From Acidobacteriota bacterium (lineage in GTDB: Bacteria; Acidobacteriota; JAAYUB01): a stretch of DNA of 64,000 nt. Shown piece by piece: positions 11,255-20,585 of this stretch; positions within the stretch are counted from its first letter, which is position 1, and each line of letters opens with the position of its first letter. Where the stretch lies: NCBI GenBank assembly GCA_017996395.1, contig JAGOHA010000003.1, positions 20,427 through 84,426 on the forward strand, written 5' to 3'. A program made the position numbers and the translations under genes. The notes beneath the pieces are model-generated. The model was not told the origin of the DNA and did not search any database. It saw nothing but the letters and a program-made list of their open reading frames with translations.

Positions 11255-11755
11255 TCACATCTTGTACTGACCGAGATCCTCCGGAGAGAGTCCCTCGAGC
11301 CATTTCTTCAGGTCGTCCTCCGACCATTGCTGCTTGTCGGCGATGGAGAAGCTCCTGGACTTCCGGATGACATCCTCGGCGACATACACCGGCGCCCCGA
11401 CCCGGATGGCGACGGCCAGTGCATCGCTGGGCCGGGAGTCCACGACCTGGAGCTGGTTGTTGAACCGAATGTGAAGCTCGGCATAGTAGGTGCTGTCCAC
11501 CAGGTCCGTGATCACCACCTTTTCGAGCACGGCGGAGAGCTTCGACAGAATGGAGCGGATCAGGTCGTGGGTCATGGGGCGCGGGGCTTCGATATGCTCC
11601 ATCTCCAGGGCGATGGCATTGGCTTCGAAAACGCCGATCCAGATCGGCAGCACCGTGGTTTCGGCGGTGTCCTGCAGGATCACCACCGGCGAGTTGTTCA
11701 CCGGATCCAGGATCAGCCCTTTGATGAAGAATTCGATTTGCCGGATCTTGTCCAT
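11255..11755 (-). CDS. Bifunctional nuclease (BFN/DUF151) domain protein
   Basis: ILDPVNNSPVVILQD...LPIWIGVFEANAIALEM is typical of the DUF151 family. Confidence 0.55.
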   Translation of the reverse strand: MDKIRQIEFFIKGLILDPVNNSPVVILQDTAETTVLPIWIGVFEANAIALEMEHIEAPRPMTHDLIRSILSKLSAVLEKVVITDLVDSTYYAELHIRFNNQLQVVDSRPSDALAVAIRVGAPVYVAEDVIRKSRSFSIADKQQWSEDDLKKWLEGLSPEDLGQYKM

Positions 11756-11800
11756 GGCGTCCGCCTATGACTGGTTTGATGATAGCACACCGGGGGTGAT

Positions 11801-13141
11801 TCAGCCATCCGCCGGATCCGGCACCCATTCGCCTCGCAGCGAGTGGGCGCTGGCGTCGGTGATGCGCACCCGGCAGAAAGAACCCATGAGGTTCGCGTCG
11901 CCTAAAAAATGGACGATCTTGTTTTCCGTGGTCCGAGAGGCAAGCTGCCCCGGCTCGCGGCCCCGTCCATCCACCAACACCTCCCGGATCGAGCCGATTT
12001 CGGCGCGATTGTTCTCCAGCTGAATCGCCTCCTGCGCCGCCTGCAGCCGGACAAGGCGTGTCTGCTTGACCGGCCGCGGGATTGAATCCGGCTGCTCGAA
12101 AGCGGGCGTCCCCGGGCGCGGGGAATACATGAACGAGAAGATCGAGTCGTAGCGGACGAACCGCAGCAGGGCCAGGGTCTCTTCGAAATCCCGCTCCGAC
12201 TCTCCCGGAAAGCCGACGATGAAATCGGACGACAGACTCATGTAGCGCTCCGCTTGCCGGATCTTGGCCACATGGGCGAGGTAGTCATCGGCGGTGTACT
12301 TGCGGTTCATCGCCATCAAGATACGGTTGGATCCGGATTGCGCCGGCAGATGGAGCTGGTTGCAAATGACCGGATTCGCTTCCATGACCTGGAGCAGCCG
12401 TGGGTTGAAATCCTTGGGGTGCGAGGTCGTGAACCGAAGCCGTCTCAGGCCGGGGACGGCAGCGACCGCCGCGAGGAGATCGGCGAACTCATGCACCTCC
12501 CCGGCCGGATCGCGGTAGGAGTTGACGTTCTGTCCCAGCAGCATGATTTCCACCGCCCCGTCAGCCACGAGGCGGCGGATCTCTTCGAGGATCCGACCGG
12601 ATGGCCGGCTCCGCTCCCGCCCCCGGGTATGCGGCACCACGCAGTAGGCGCAAAAATTGTCGCACCCCTCCATGATGGTCACGAACGCACGAAACGTCGT
12701 CTCGCGCAGGATCGTGTCCGTCTCGACGGGCATGGGATCGTCGTCCATGTCCACATCCACGCAACGCTCGATCCGGCCGGCGTCCAGGTCGTCCAGATGG
12801 CGGGTTAAACGGTGGATCTTGCGCGTGCCGAGGACCAGGTCCAATCCGGCGAACTGCTTCATCATCTCCCAACCCTGCTGCTGCGCCACGCAGCCCAGGA
12901 CACCCACCCGCAGCTTCGGTCGCCCCGCCTTGAGCGCCAGTGTCTGTCCGAGGTAAGAGAACACTTTCTGCACCGGCTTTTCCCGAACACAGCAGGTGTT
13001 GTAGAGGATGAGGTCGGCATCGTGCGGCCGGGCGGCTTTCCGCCACCCGGCGGAAACGAGCAGGCCGGCCGCCTTTTCCGAGTCGAGGACGTTCATCTGG
13101 CAACCGAACGTGTGGATGAAGAATGTCTTGCTAGCAGCCAT
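11801..13141 (-). CDS. miaB: tRNA-i6A37 methylthiotransferase MiaB
   Basis: N-terminal FFIHTFGCQMNVLDSE (MTTase domain), radical SAM core CDNFCAYCVVP, C-terminal TRAM. Confidence 0.85.
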   Translation of the reverse strand: MAASKTFFIHTFGCQMNVLDSEKAAGLLVSAGWRKAARPHDADLILYNTCCVREKPVQKVFSYLGQTLALKAGRPKLRVGVLGCVAQQQGWEMMKQFAGLDLVLGTRKIHRLTRHLDDLDAGRIERCVDVDMDDDPMPVETDTILRETTFRAFVTIMEGCDNFCAYCVVPHTRGRERSRPSGRILEEIRRLVADGAVEIMLLGQNVNSYRDPAGEVHEFADLLAAVAAVPGLRRLRFTTSHPKDFNPRLLQVMEANPVICNQLHLPAQSGSNRILMAMNRKYTADDYLAHVAKIRQAERYMSLSSDFIVGFPGESERDFEETLALLRFVRYDSIFSFMYSPRPGTPAFEQPDSIPRPVKQTRLVRLQAAQEAIQLENNRAEIGSIREVLVDGRGREPGQLASRTTENKIVHFLGDANLMGSFCRVRITDASAHSLRGEWVPDPADG

Positions 13142-13165
13142 CGGCGAGCCTGGTGACCGGCGGGT

Positions 13166-14869
13166 TCACGCTTTCCCCAGGAGCTGGCGGGCATGCTTTC
13201 GGGTGATCTCGGTGATCTGGACGCCGCCCAGCATCCGGGCCAGCTCGTCAACTTTTTCCGCCTGGCTGAGTCGTTGGATGGCGGTGAAGGTCCGTCCGCC
13301 GGCGACCGTCTTCTCCACTCGAAGATGATGGTCGGACTGGGCGGCGATGTGGGGCGAGTGGGTGACACAGAAGCACTGGTTGCTCGCAGCCACCCGGCTC
13401 AGCTTTCGGCCGACGACCTCGGTGGTGCCGCCGCCGATGCCGGCATCGATCTCGTCGAAGATGAGCACCGCGTCGGGCTCCGAACGCAGGATCAATTTGA
13501 TGGCCAGGGCCAGCCGCGAAAGCTCACCGCCGGACGCGATCTTGTGCAGCGGCCGCAGCTCCTCGCCGACGTTGGGGCTGGCGAGGAATTCCACATCGTC
13601 CAGTCCGGTGGCGGGCGGCGCATCCCCCGCCTCAATCGGCAGGATGCGCACCTGGAACCGGGTGCCTTTCATGTCCAGCTCGTCGAGATGCTTTTTCATT
13701 TCCCGTTCCACGCTCCGGGCGGCCTTCTGGCGTGCCTGGCTCAGGGTATCGGCGGCCTGCCGATACCGCCCGACCAGCTCGCCCACTTCCTGCTGCAGCT
13801 GGGTCGTGCGCGCGTCCGAATCGCGCAATCGGTCGCGTTCCGCCAGAACGCCCTGGTTGTATTCCAGGACTGCCTCGATGGTGGGCCCATATTTGCGTTT
13901 GAGCCGATCCAACTGCAGCAACCGGGATTCGATTTCATTCAGCCGGTTCTCGTTGTACTCGACGGTGGCCGCATGGTCCCGCGCGGCGAAGGCGGCATCC
14001 TCGAGCTGGAAGATCACGTTCTGGAGAGTTTCGGCGGTCCGGGCCAGGCGCGAATCGATGGCGGCCATCTCCTGGTGCCGGTGGAGAAGCCGCCCCAACT
14101 GGCGCAGCACCGCTCCCTCGTTCTCATAGAGCAAATCGTGGGTTTCAGTGGAGAGCTGGAACAGCTTCTCCGCGTTGACGAGAATCCGCCGCTCGTCGTT
14201 CAGCTGGTTCTCCTCGCCATGAACGGGATGAACGGCGTCGATCTCCGTCGCCTGGAAGTCCAGCAGATCCAGCCGCTGCAGCCGGGTCTGCTCGTCGTGG
14301 ACCAGCCGGTCCAGCTCGGCACGAGTCGCGGCAATCTGGCGCGCCAGCTCCTGAACCGTCCGCAGCGTGTCCCGCTGGCCGTGGTAATTGTCGAGCAGCT
14401 GGAGGTGGTAGCGAGGCTGCAGCAGCAGGCGGCAATCGTGCTGGCCGTGAATCTCCAGCAGTTCATCACCCAGACGCCGCAGGAACGCCGTGGCGACAAG
14501 CCGGCCGGCCACCTGGGCGCGCCCGCCGCTGCCGGCCGCCAGTTCCCGCCGAACCTGGAGGCCGTCTTCCAGATCGTCCCGCTCGATGCCCTCGGCTTCA
14601 AGCAACGGCCAGACTGGACTGCCTTCCGGCAGGTCAAAGATGCCTTCCACCATGGCCCGGTTCTCACCGCTGCGGATGAGATCCGATGAGCCTCGGGCGC
14701 CGGCCAGGAGCCCCACGGCATCGATCAGGATCGATTTGCCGGAACCCGTTTCCCCCGTGATCACATTGAGGCCGGGCCCGAATTCGATCTCGAGATCCTC
14801 GATCACGGCGATATTGCGGATGTGCAGATATCGGAGCACAAAAACCGTCCTTTTCTCCAGACGAATCAT
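13166..14869 (-). CDS. recN: DNA repair protein RecN
   Basis: LHIRNIAVIEDLEIEFGPGLNVITGETGSGKSILIDA (Walker A), long coiled coil, C-terminal ABC signature. The true start may be the internal GTG near 14839. Confidence 0.85.
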   Translation of the reverse strand: MIRLEKRTVFVLRYLHIRNIAVIEDLEIEFGPGLNVITGETGSGKSILIDAVGLLAGARGSSDLIRSGENRAMVEGIFDLPEGSPVWPLLEAEGIERDDLEDGLQVRRELAAGSGGRAQVAGRLVATAFLRRLGDELLEIHGQHDCRLLLQPRYHLQLLDNYHGQRDTLRTVQELARQIAATRAELDRLVHDEQTRLQRLDLLDFQATEIDAVHPVHGEENQLNDERRILVNAEKLFQLSTETHDLLYENEGAVLRQLGRLLHRHQEMAAIDSRLARTAETLQNVIFQLEDAAFAARDHAATVEYNENRLNEIESRLLQLDRLKRKYGPTIEAVLEYNQGVLAERDRLRDSDARTTQLQQEVGELVGRYRQAADTLSQARQKAARSVEREMKKHLDELDMKGTRFQVRILPIEAGDAPPATGLDDVEFLASPNVGEELRPLHKIASGGELSRLALAIKLILRSEPDAVLIFDEIDAGIGGGTTEVVGRKLSRVAASNQCFCVTHSPHIAAQSDHHLRVEKTVAGGRTFTAIQRLSQAEKVDELARMLGGVQITEITRKHARQLLGKA

Positions 14870-14961
14870 CCGTTTGGTAGGGCATTATATCAAAAGAATC
14901 GTTTGACTTGATAGTGGTTCCATGATATTCATTAACCTTATTTTTTTAAAGGAGATAGGCA

Positions 14962-15681
14962 TTGTTTTCGTTCATAGCCACCGCGGTCTCGAGCGGGTTT
15001 TCGGGTGGGATTTTCGAGCTCATCCGCAGCGCCGGTATCGTGGCCCAGGGCGTCTTTCTGCTTTTGCTGGTCTTTTCGATTTTTTCCTGGGCCATCATTT
15101 TCCAGAAGCTGGTGCTCTTCCGCAAAGTGGAACGCCAATCCCTCAATTTCCTGCAGCTTTTCCATGAGAGCAGCAAGCTTTCCGAAATCTACAAACGGAG
15201 CGGCGATTTCAAGAACAGTCCGCTGACGGGCGTATTCCTGGCCGGCTACAGCGAACTCAACGCGCAACTCACGGCCCGACATGCCCCCGACAGCGATGCC
15301 GCACCCACGCTCCACATCAAGAGCATTTCCAACGTCGAGCGGACACTGCGAAAGGCATCCGCCGTGGAACTCACCCACCTGGAGCGCTCCCTGAACTGGC
15401 TGGCGACCACCGGCTCGGTCACCCCGTTCATCGGGCTGTTCGGGACCGTGGTGGGGATCATCGACGCCTTCCACGGTCTCGGTCAGTTGGAAACCACATC
15501 CATTCAGGCCGTGGCGCCCGGCATCGCCGAGGCCCTCTACGCCACGGCCTTCGGCCTGTTCGCCGCGATCCCGGCAGTGATTTTCTTCAACCATTTCCTG
15601 TCCCGGATCAAACATATGGCGTCGCTGCTGGATGACTTCACAACCGAGCTGACCAACCTGGTGGAACGCAACTTCACGTGA
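14962..15681 (+). CDS. tolQ: Tol-Pal system protein TolQ (MotA/TolQ/ExbB family)
   Basis: 3-TM MotA/TolQ/ExbB profile; AAGGAGATAGG RBS; first gene of the tolQRAB-pal-cpoB cluster. Confidence 0.8.
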   Translation: MFSFIATAVSSGFSGGIFELIRSAGIVAQGVFLLLLVFSIFSWAIIFQKLVLFRKVERQSLNFLQLFHESSKLSEIYKRSGDFKNSPLTGVFLAGYSELNAQLTARHAPDSDAAPTLHIKSISNVERTLRKASAVELTHLERSLNWLATTGSVTPFIGLFGTVVGIIDAFHGLGQLETTSIQAVAPGIAEALYATAFGLFAAIPAVIFFNHFLSRIKHMASLLDDFTTELTNLVERNFT

Positions 15682-15685
15682 GGAG

Positions 15686-16120
15686 TTGGCCATGGCGTTC
15701 ACGAACCCCAACGGCCGGACCATGACGTCGTTGGCCGAGATCAACGTCACCCCCCTGGTGGACGTCATGCTGGTCCTGCTGGTGATTTTCATGGTCACCG
15801 CACCCATCATCCAGGCGGGCATCGAGGTCAACCTGCCCCGCACACGGCATGTCAAGAACTTCAACCCGCACCAGCAGTATGTCGTCTCCATCGATGAACG
15901 GAGCAATCTGTACTTCATGACCCGCCAGATCCACATCAACGATCTGGGACCGGCCCTGCGCCAGCGCCTCGGCCAGGACCTCAATCAACCGATCTATCTG
16001 CAGGCGGACGGCGACGTCCGGTTCGCCGTCGTCGTCAAGGTGATGGATACGCTCCGCGAACACGCCTTCACCAACATCCAGATCGTCACGCGGCCCATGA
16101 TTCAACAACGCAAGCCATGA
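15686..16120 (+). CDS. tolR: Tol-Pal system protein TolR (ExbD/TolR family)
   Basis: LAEINVTPLVDVMLVLLVIFMV is a typical ExbD/TolR N-terminus. Confidence 0.8.
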   Translation: MAMAFTNPNGRTMTSLAEINVTPLVDVMLVLLVIFMVTAPIIQAGIEVNLPRTRHVKNFNPHQQYVVSIDERSNLYFMTRQIHINDLGPALRQRLGQDLNQPIYLQADGDVRFAVVVKVMDTLREHAFTNIQIVTRPMIQQRKP

Positions 16121-16929
16121 CCGTCGATGACCGTCATTATCATTATCAGTCTCTGGTCTCCGAGGGAGACCGACGCAAATTCCTCATCTCCTCCATTGTG
16201 TCGCATTTTTTGCTGGTCACGGTCATTCTGGTCTGGCAATTTGCCGCGCCCAGGGGCCCCACGCTGACTTTAGGCGGAGGCGGCGGAGGCGGCAATCGCG
16301 CGATCGGCGTCGGCCTGGTCGAAGGGCTGCCGGCGGGTCAGGAGTATTTCAAACCACCCGTCACGCTTCCGGAACCCGTCGCCGCGCCGGCGGCAAAGCC
16401 CGCAGATTCGATCGTAGAGACTGATCGCCCGGATGACTTCCTGAAAACCACCCAGCCGGACCGGAAGTCCGCCACCGAAAAGCCCACTCCTCCTGCGCCA
16501 GCCGCAACGCCCGCCCCACCGGGCCCGGTCAGCACCGGGGAACACTCGCCGGGGGTTCGCGGCGGCACCGGCGCCGGCGGGCAGGGCGAGGGCTCCGGTC
16601 ACGGTGTTTCCATCGGCGGCGCGGGCGAAGGCTTCTACGACTCCTGGTACGCCCGCCAGGTGGAACAGCGGGTGGGCAGCAACTGGCTGGAGTCCCGCAT
16701 GGGCATCCAGTTCTCGGGAAAGCACCGGACTCTTATCCAATTTACCGTGAGTCCCGAGGGGCGGATTGAGGACATCCAGATCGTTGAATCCACGGGCCCG
16801 GAAGCCTTTGAACGTTCCGCGCTGCGGGCGGTTCGGGCATCGGACCCCTTGCCTCCCCTGCCCGTTCAATATAGAATGCAGAGGAATCGCGTTCGGTTCG
16901 TGGCCATATTCGAACATCCGACACCTTGA
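16117..16929 (+). CDS. tolA: TolA/TonB-family energy transducer (short form)
   Basis: N-terminal TM helix, Pro/Ala-rich linker, C-terminal TonB_C-like domain. ATGA overlap with tolR. Confidence 0.6.
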   Translation: MTVDDRHYHYQSLVSEGDRRKFLISSIVSHFLLVTVILVWQFAAPRGPTLTLGGGGGGGNRAIGVGLVEGLPAGQEYFKPPVTLPEPVAAPAAKPADSIVETDRPDDFLKTTQPDRKSATEKPTPPAPAATPAPPGPVSTGEHSPGVRGGTGAGGQGEGSGHGVSIGGAGEGFYDSWYARQVEQRVGSNWLESRMGIQFSGKHRTLIQFTVSPEGRIEDIQIVESTGPEAFERSALRAVRASDPLPPLPVQYRMQRNRVRFVAIFEHPTP

Positions 16930-16943
16930 TTTGAGGAGTGTGA

Positions 16944-18277
16944 TGAAGCGCTTCCGTCTACTCCCGCTGTTGGCGCTGGGCTGCATGATCTTTTCCCAAG
17001 CGCAGTCCGACGACGCATCTATCGTGATCAAGCCGCGTCCGGCCAAGACGACCGTGCTGGCGCTCCCCGAGTTCCAGCCCAAGAGCGGCAACCTGGATCC
17101 CGCCGTCGACGAGTATTTGAAAATCGTCAACGAAACGCTCTGGAACGATCTGGAATACTCGGCCTTCTTCAAGCTGCTCTCGCGCTCGTTCTACCCGGCG
17201 CAGCGGATCGACGAACCCGAAGATCTGGTATTCAAGGACTGGCAGGATCAGAACATCGGCGTGGATTTCATCGTCATCGGCAACGCCCGGATCGAGAGCA
17301 ACTACCTGGTGGTCCAGTGCCGGGTTTTCGACCTCAAGACGCAGGAACAGGTGCTGGGCAAGCAATTCCGGACCATTCCCCGCTACACCCGGGCCATCGC
17401 CCACCGGATCGCCGACCATATCGTGAGCCTGCTGTCCGCCAACGCCTCCCAGGGCATCGCGTCCACGCAGATCGTATTCGAGCGCAAGACCCGTACCGGC
17501 AAGGAGATCTATCTGGCGGATTACGACGGCGCCAACCTGCAGCCCATCACGTCGAACGGATCCATCAACGTCACTCCGGCCTGGAATCCATCGAACGAGT
17601 GGATCGCGTTCACTTCTTACTACGAAAGCACGCCGCGGCTCTATCTGGTCTCGCTTTCCAGCGGCCAGCTCCAGGCGTTTCCTCCGAGCGGCGGCCTGCT
17701 CACCACGCCGGCCTTTTCGCCCGACGGCAAGCAACTGGCCTTCTCCGCCCGGCTCAACGACGCGTCGGACACGGATATCTACATCGCCGATATAGACGGC
17801 GGCAACCTGCGCAATATCACCCAGCATCCCGGCATCGACATCAGCCCCTGCTGGAACCCCACGGGCCGGCAACTGGCTTTTGTTTCCAGCCGTGGCGGGG
17901 TGCCGCAGATCCACATCTGCGACACATTCGGCGCCGATCTGACCTGCATCACTCTGGAAAGCGGATACGCCTCGTCACCGGACTGGTCGCCGGACGGCCG
18001 TTACATCGTCTTTTCCTGGAAGCCTTCCCGCATGGCGCATTTCGACCTCTTCATCGCCGAGGTGGCGACCAAACGGATACTTCAGCTCACCCAGGGCCAA
18101 GGCGATAACGAGAACCCGTCATGGGCGCCCGACGGCCGCCATATCGTTTTCCAATCCAACCGTTCGGGTTCGTCGGAGATTTACACGGTATTCGCCGACG
18201 GCAGCGAGCTGCGACAAATCACTAATTTGCAAGGGTGTTCCAATCCGGACTGGTCGTCGTACGCACAGAAAAACTGA
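16944..18277 (+). CDS. tolB: Tol-Pal system beta-propeller protein TolB
   Basis: Signal peptide MKRFRLLPLLALGCMIFS, TolB N-domain, repeated beta-propeller blades (SPDG/APDG). The track ORF begins at 16766, but an RBS plus ATG at 16944 fit better. Confidence 0.85.
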
Positions 18278-18335
18278 ATTTTTTTCGGACACTTCACGAC
18301 TGGATCGTTTATATGAATGAGGATTGGAGGGAGCA

Positions 18336-19103
18336 ATGAAATTGAACAACCGGCTTCTTGTCATCGGCGCGGCCGCGATCCTGCTGTTTCTCGGCGGGGG
18401 TTGTAAAAAGCGTACGCCCGTGGCGGCGCCGCCGTCCACCCAGCCACAGCTGGTGGCGCCGACCATCACGTTGACCGCTCAGCCGTCGATAATCGCCGAG
18501 GGGGCATCCACCACTCTGAACTGGACGACGACCAACGCCACGGGGGTGACGATCGAAACCGTGGGCCAGTTCCCGCCCCAGGGTTCGACGGTGGTTTCAC
18601 CCAGAGCCTCGACGACCTACGTGGCGGTGGCAACGGGCACCGGCGGCACCGTGAGCACCCAGGCGCGCGTAACGGTCACGCCTGCCCCGGTCAGCACCAC
18701 CACCACTGAAACCCCGCAGGTAGATGAGACCGACCAGGGGCTCAACGTCGAGCAGATTTTTAAAAACGAGATCCAGGATATCTTCTTTGATTTCGATCGC
18801 GCCGAAGTCACCGCCGAGTACCGGGATATCCTGCGCCAGAACGCGGAAGTGCTCCTCCGCCGGCTGCCCCGGGTCAGCATGATGATCGAAGGGCACTGCG
18901 ACGAGCGCGGCACCGAGGAGTACAACATCGGGCTCGGCGACAAGCGCGCGAACGCGGCTCGCGATTACCTCGTGTCGCTCGGGGTGAGCGCCACCCGGAT
19001 CAAGACGATCTCTTATGGCGAGGAACGTCCATTCGATCCCGCGCACAATGAGGAAGCCTGGGCCAAGAACCGCCGGGCGCACTTCGTTCTGATCAAACCT
19101 TGA
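18336..19103 (+). CDS. pal: Peptidoglycan-associated lipoprotein Pal (OmpA-like C-domain) with an extra Thr-rich N-terminal beta domain
   Basis: Lipobox LFLGGGC. C-terminal OmpA-like domain FDFDRAEVTAEYRDIL...GHCDERGTEEYNIGLGDKRANAARDYL. GGAGGGAGCA RBS before the ATG at 18336. Confidence 0.85.
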   Translation: MKLNNRLLVIGAAAILLFLGGGCKKRTPVAAPPSTQPQLVAPTITLTAQPSIIAEGASTTLNWTTTNATGVTIETVGQFPPQGSTVVSPRASTTYVAVATGTGGTVSTQARVTVTPAPVSTTTTETPQVDETDQGLNVEQIFKNEIQDIFFDFDRAEVTAEYRDILRQNAEVLLRRLPRVSMMIEGHCDERGTEEYNIGLGDKRANAARDYLVSLGVSATRIKTISYGEERPFDPAHNEEAWAKNRRAHFVLIKP

Positions 19104-19113
19104 GGAGGCCCAA

Positions 19114-19953
19114 ATGAAGCGATGCCTGTCGGTGGGAGTGCTGCTGTTCCTGACGGCCGGCCTGGCCGCGGCCGGAGCGAAGGAGGAGTACATCCGACTG
19201 CAAAACGACATCATGACCGTCCAGAATCAGATTCGCATGCTTCAAAAAAGCGTGGACGAGAGCGGCGCCGTATCCAAAACCCTGATGGAGCAGCTCATCA
19301 ACCAGATGAGTGCGATCACCCGCATCGTCGATCAGCTCAACAGCCGTCAGGAAGAACAGTCCCGCGCCGGCGACGAGAACATCGAGGACCTGATCAATTC
19401 CATCCGGGCACTTGCCTCGAAGATAGACGACCAGAGCGTCAAGATCGCCAACCTGACCCGCAGCCTGGAGGCAACCCAGACATCGCTCGAGGAGATGAAA
19501 TCCCGCCGACCCAAGGCGGAAACCACCCCCGACGGCAAGCCGCTCCCGCTGCCGGCCGACCAGCTGTATTCACTGGCGTACAACGACTACATCCAGGGCA
19601 ATTTCGAACTGGCCGTTCAAGGATTTTTGGATTTTCTTGCGAATTACAAGGAGTCCGAACTCGCCGACAACGCCCAGTATTACATCGGCGACTGTTATTT
19701 CAACCAGGGACGCCACACGGACGCGGTGGAGGCGTTCAATCAGGTGATCAGCCTGTTTCCCAAGGGGGACAAGGCCCCCGCCGCCGTGTTGAAAAGCGGG
19801 CTGGCCCACCTGTCCTTGAACAACAATCCGGCCGCTGTGGATGCTTTTAAAAACGTGATCCTGAAATACCCCGATTCCCCGGAGGCCAACATCGCGATTC
19901 AGCAACTGCAGATTCTCGGCGTGGACCCTCCTGCCCGACCGAAAAAACGCTGA
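19114..19953 (+). CDS. cpoB: Tol-Pal-associated cell-division coordinator CpoB/YbgF (coiled coil + TPR)
   Basis: Signal peptide, coiled coil, C-terminal TPR-like [16 protein letters not shown]...[11 protein letters not shown]. Confidence 0.75.
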   Translation: MKRCLSVGVLLFLTAGLAAAGAKEEYIRLQNDIMTVQNQIRMLQKSVDESGAVSKTLMEQLINQMSAITRIVDQLNSRQEEQSRAGDENIEDLINSIRALASKIDDQSVKIANLTRSLEATQTSLEEMKSRRPKAETTPDGKPLPLPADQLYSLAYNDYIQGNFELAVQGFLDFLANYKESELADNAQYYIGDCYFNQGRHTDAVEAFNQVISLFPKGDKAPAAVLKSGLAHLSLNNNPAAVDAFKNVILKYPDSPEANIAIQQLQILGVDPPARPKKR

Positions 19954-19967
19954 CAGGAGGCATCGTC

Positions 19968-20408
19968 ATGAAAGGACTGAACAAAGTCATGTTGATCGGC
20001 CGCTTGGGACGTGATCCCGAGTTGCGTTACACCCAGAACGGGCAGACTGTCGCCAAGTTTTCTGTCGCCACCGACGAGGTCTGGGTGGATAAGAGCGGAA
20101 CCAAACAGACCCGGGTCGAGTGGCATAACATCGTCGTCTGGGGCAAGCTGGCGGAAATCTGCAACCAGTATCTCAAGAAGGGCCGCCTGGTTTATGTCGA
20201 GGGCCGCATTCAGACCCGTCAGTGGGAGGACCAGAGCGGCGGCAAGCGGTCCACTACGGAGATTGTCATCTCCGACATGAACATCTTGGAGAGCCGCACC
20301 GCTGCCGCAGCCGAACCGGCGGCGGCCGAATACGGCGATTCCACCGTCTCCCGTGATGAGCCGCCGGTCGTGGACGAGCCCATCACCGATGACGACGTTC
20401 CGTTTTAA
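19968..20408 (+). CDS. ssb: Single-stranded DNA-binding protein SSB
   Basis: OB-fold N-terminus [22 protein letters not shown] and acidic tail ending DDDVPF. Confidence 0.9.
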   Translation: MKGLNKVMLIGRLGRDPELRYTQNGQTVAKFSVATDEVWVDKSGTKQTRVEWHNIVVWGKLAEICNQYLKKGRLVYVEGRIQTRQWEDQSGGKRSTTEIVISDMNILESRTAAAAEPAAAEYGDSTVSRDEPPVVDEPITDDDVPF

Positions 20409-20412
20409 ACAA

Positions 20413-20445
20413 CCCGGAGGCCGCACGGCCTCCGGGTTTTCTTTC
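20413..20445 (+). terminator. Rho-independent terminator after ssb
   Basis: CCCGGAGGCCG-cac-GGCCTCCGGG followed by TTTTCTTTC. Confidence 0.7.
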
Positions 20446-20585
20446 AAACTCCCACCCTGCTCTGCGACCAGCTATGCTGTCGCCATACCCATTCGACCTC
20501 ACCCTTGCAAGAACCGATTCGCCCAGAGACGTGCCAACGTGCGATCTAGGGTGTCGGTTGGCCATCCTGTACGTCTGGAGGTGCC

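Noticed and set aside
13193-14689. 498-aa plus-strand ORF antisense to recN
   Set aside because: It lies antisense to a clearly conserved recN, and its composition is biased (Gly/Arg/Leu/Pro-rich) as is typical of shadow ORFs in high-GC DNA. The same reasoning applies to many other listed ORFs antisense to confident genes, for example 4139..4951, 8471..9163, 16270..17172, 20499..21638, 42581..43702, 50250..51665, 53364..53969 and 63060..63842.
16766-16943. N-terminal extension of tolB from the track start
   Set aside because: It overlaps the tolA 3' end and has no RBS. The ATG at 16944 is preceded by GGAGTG and gives a proper signal peptide.
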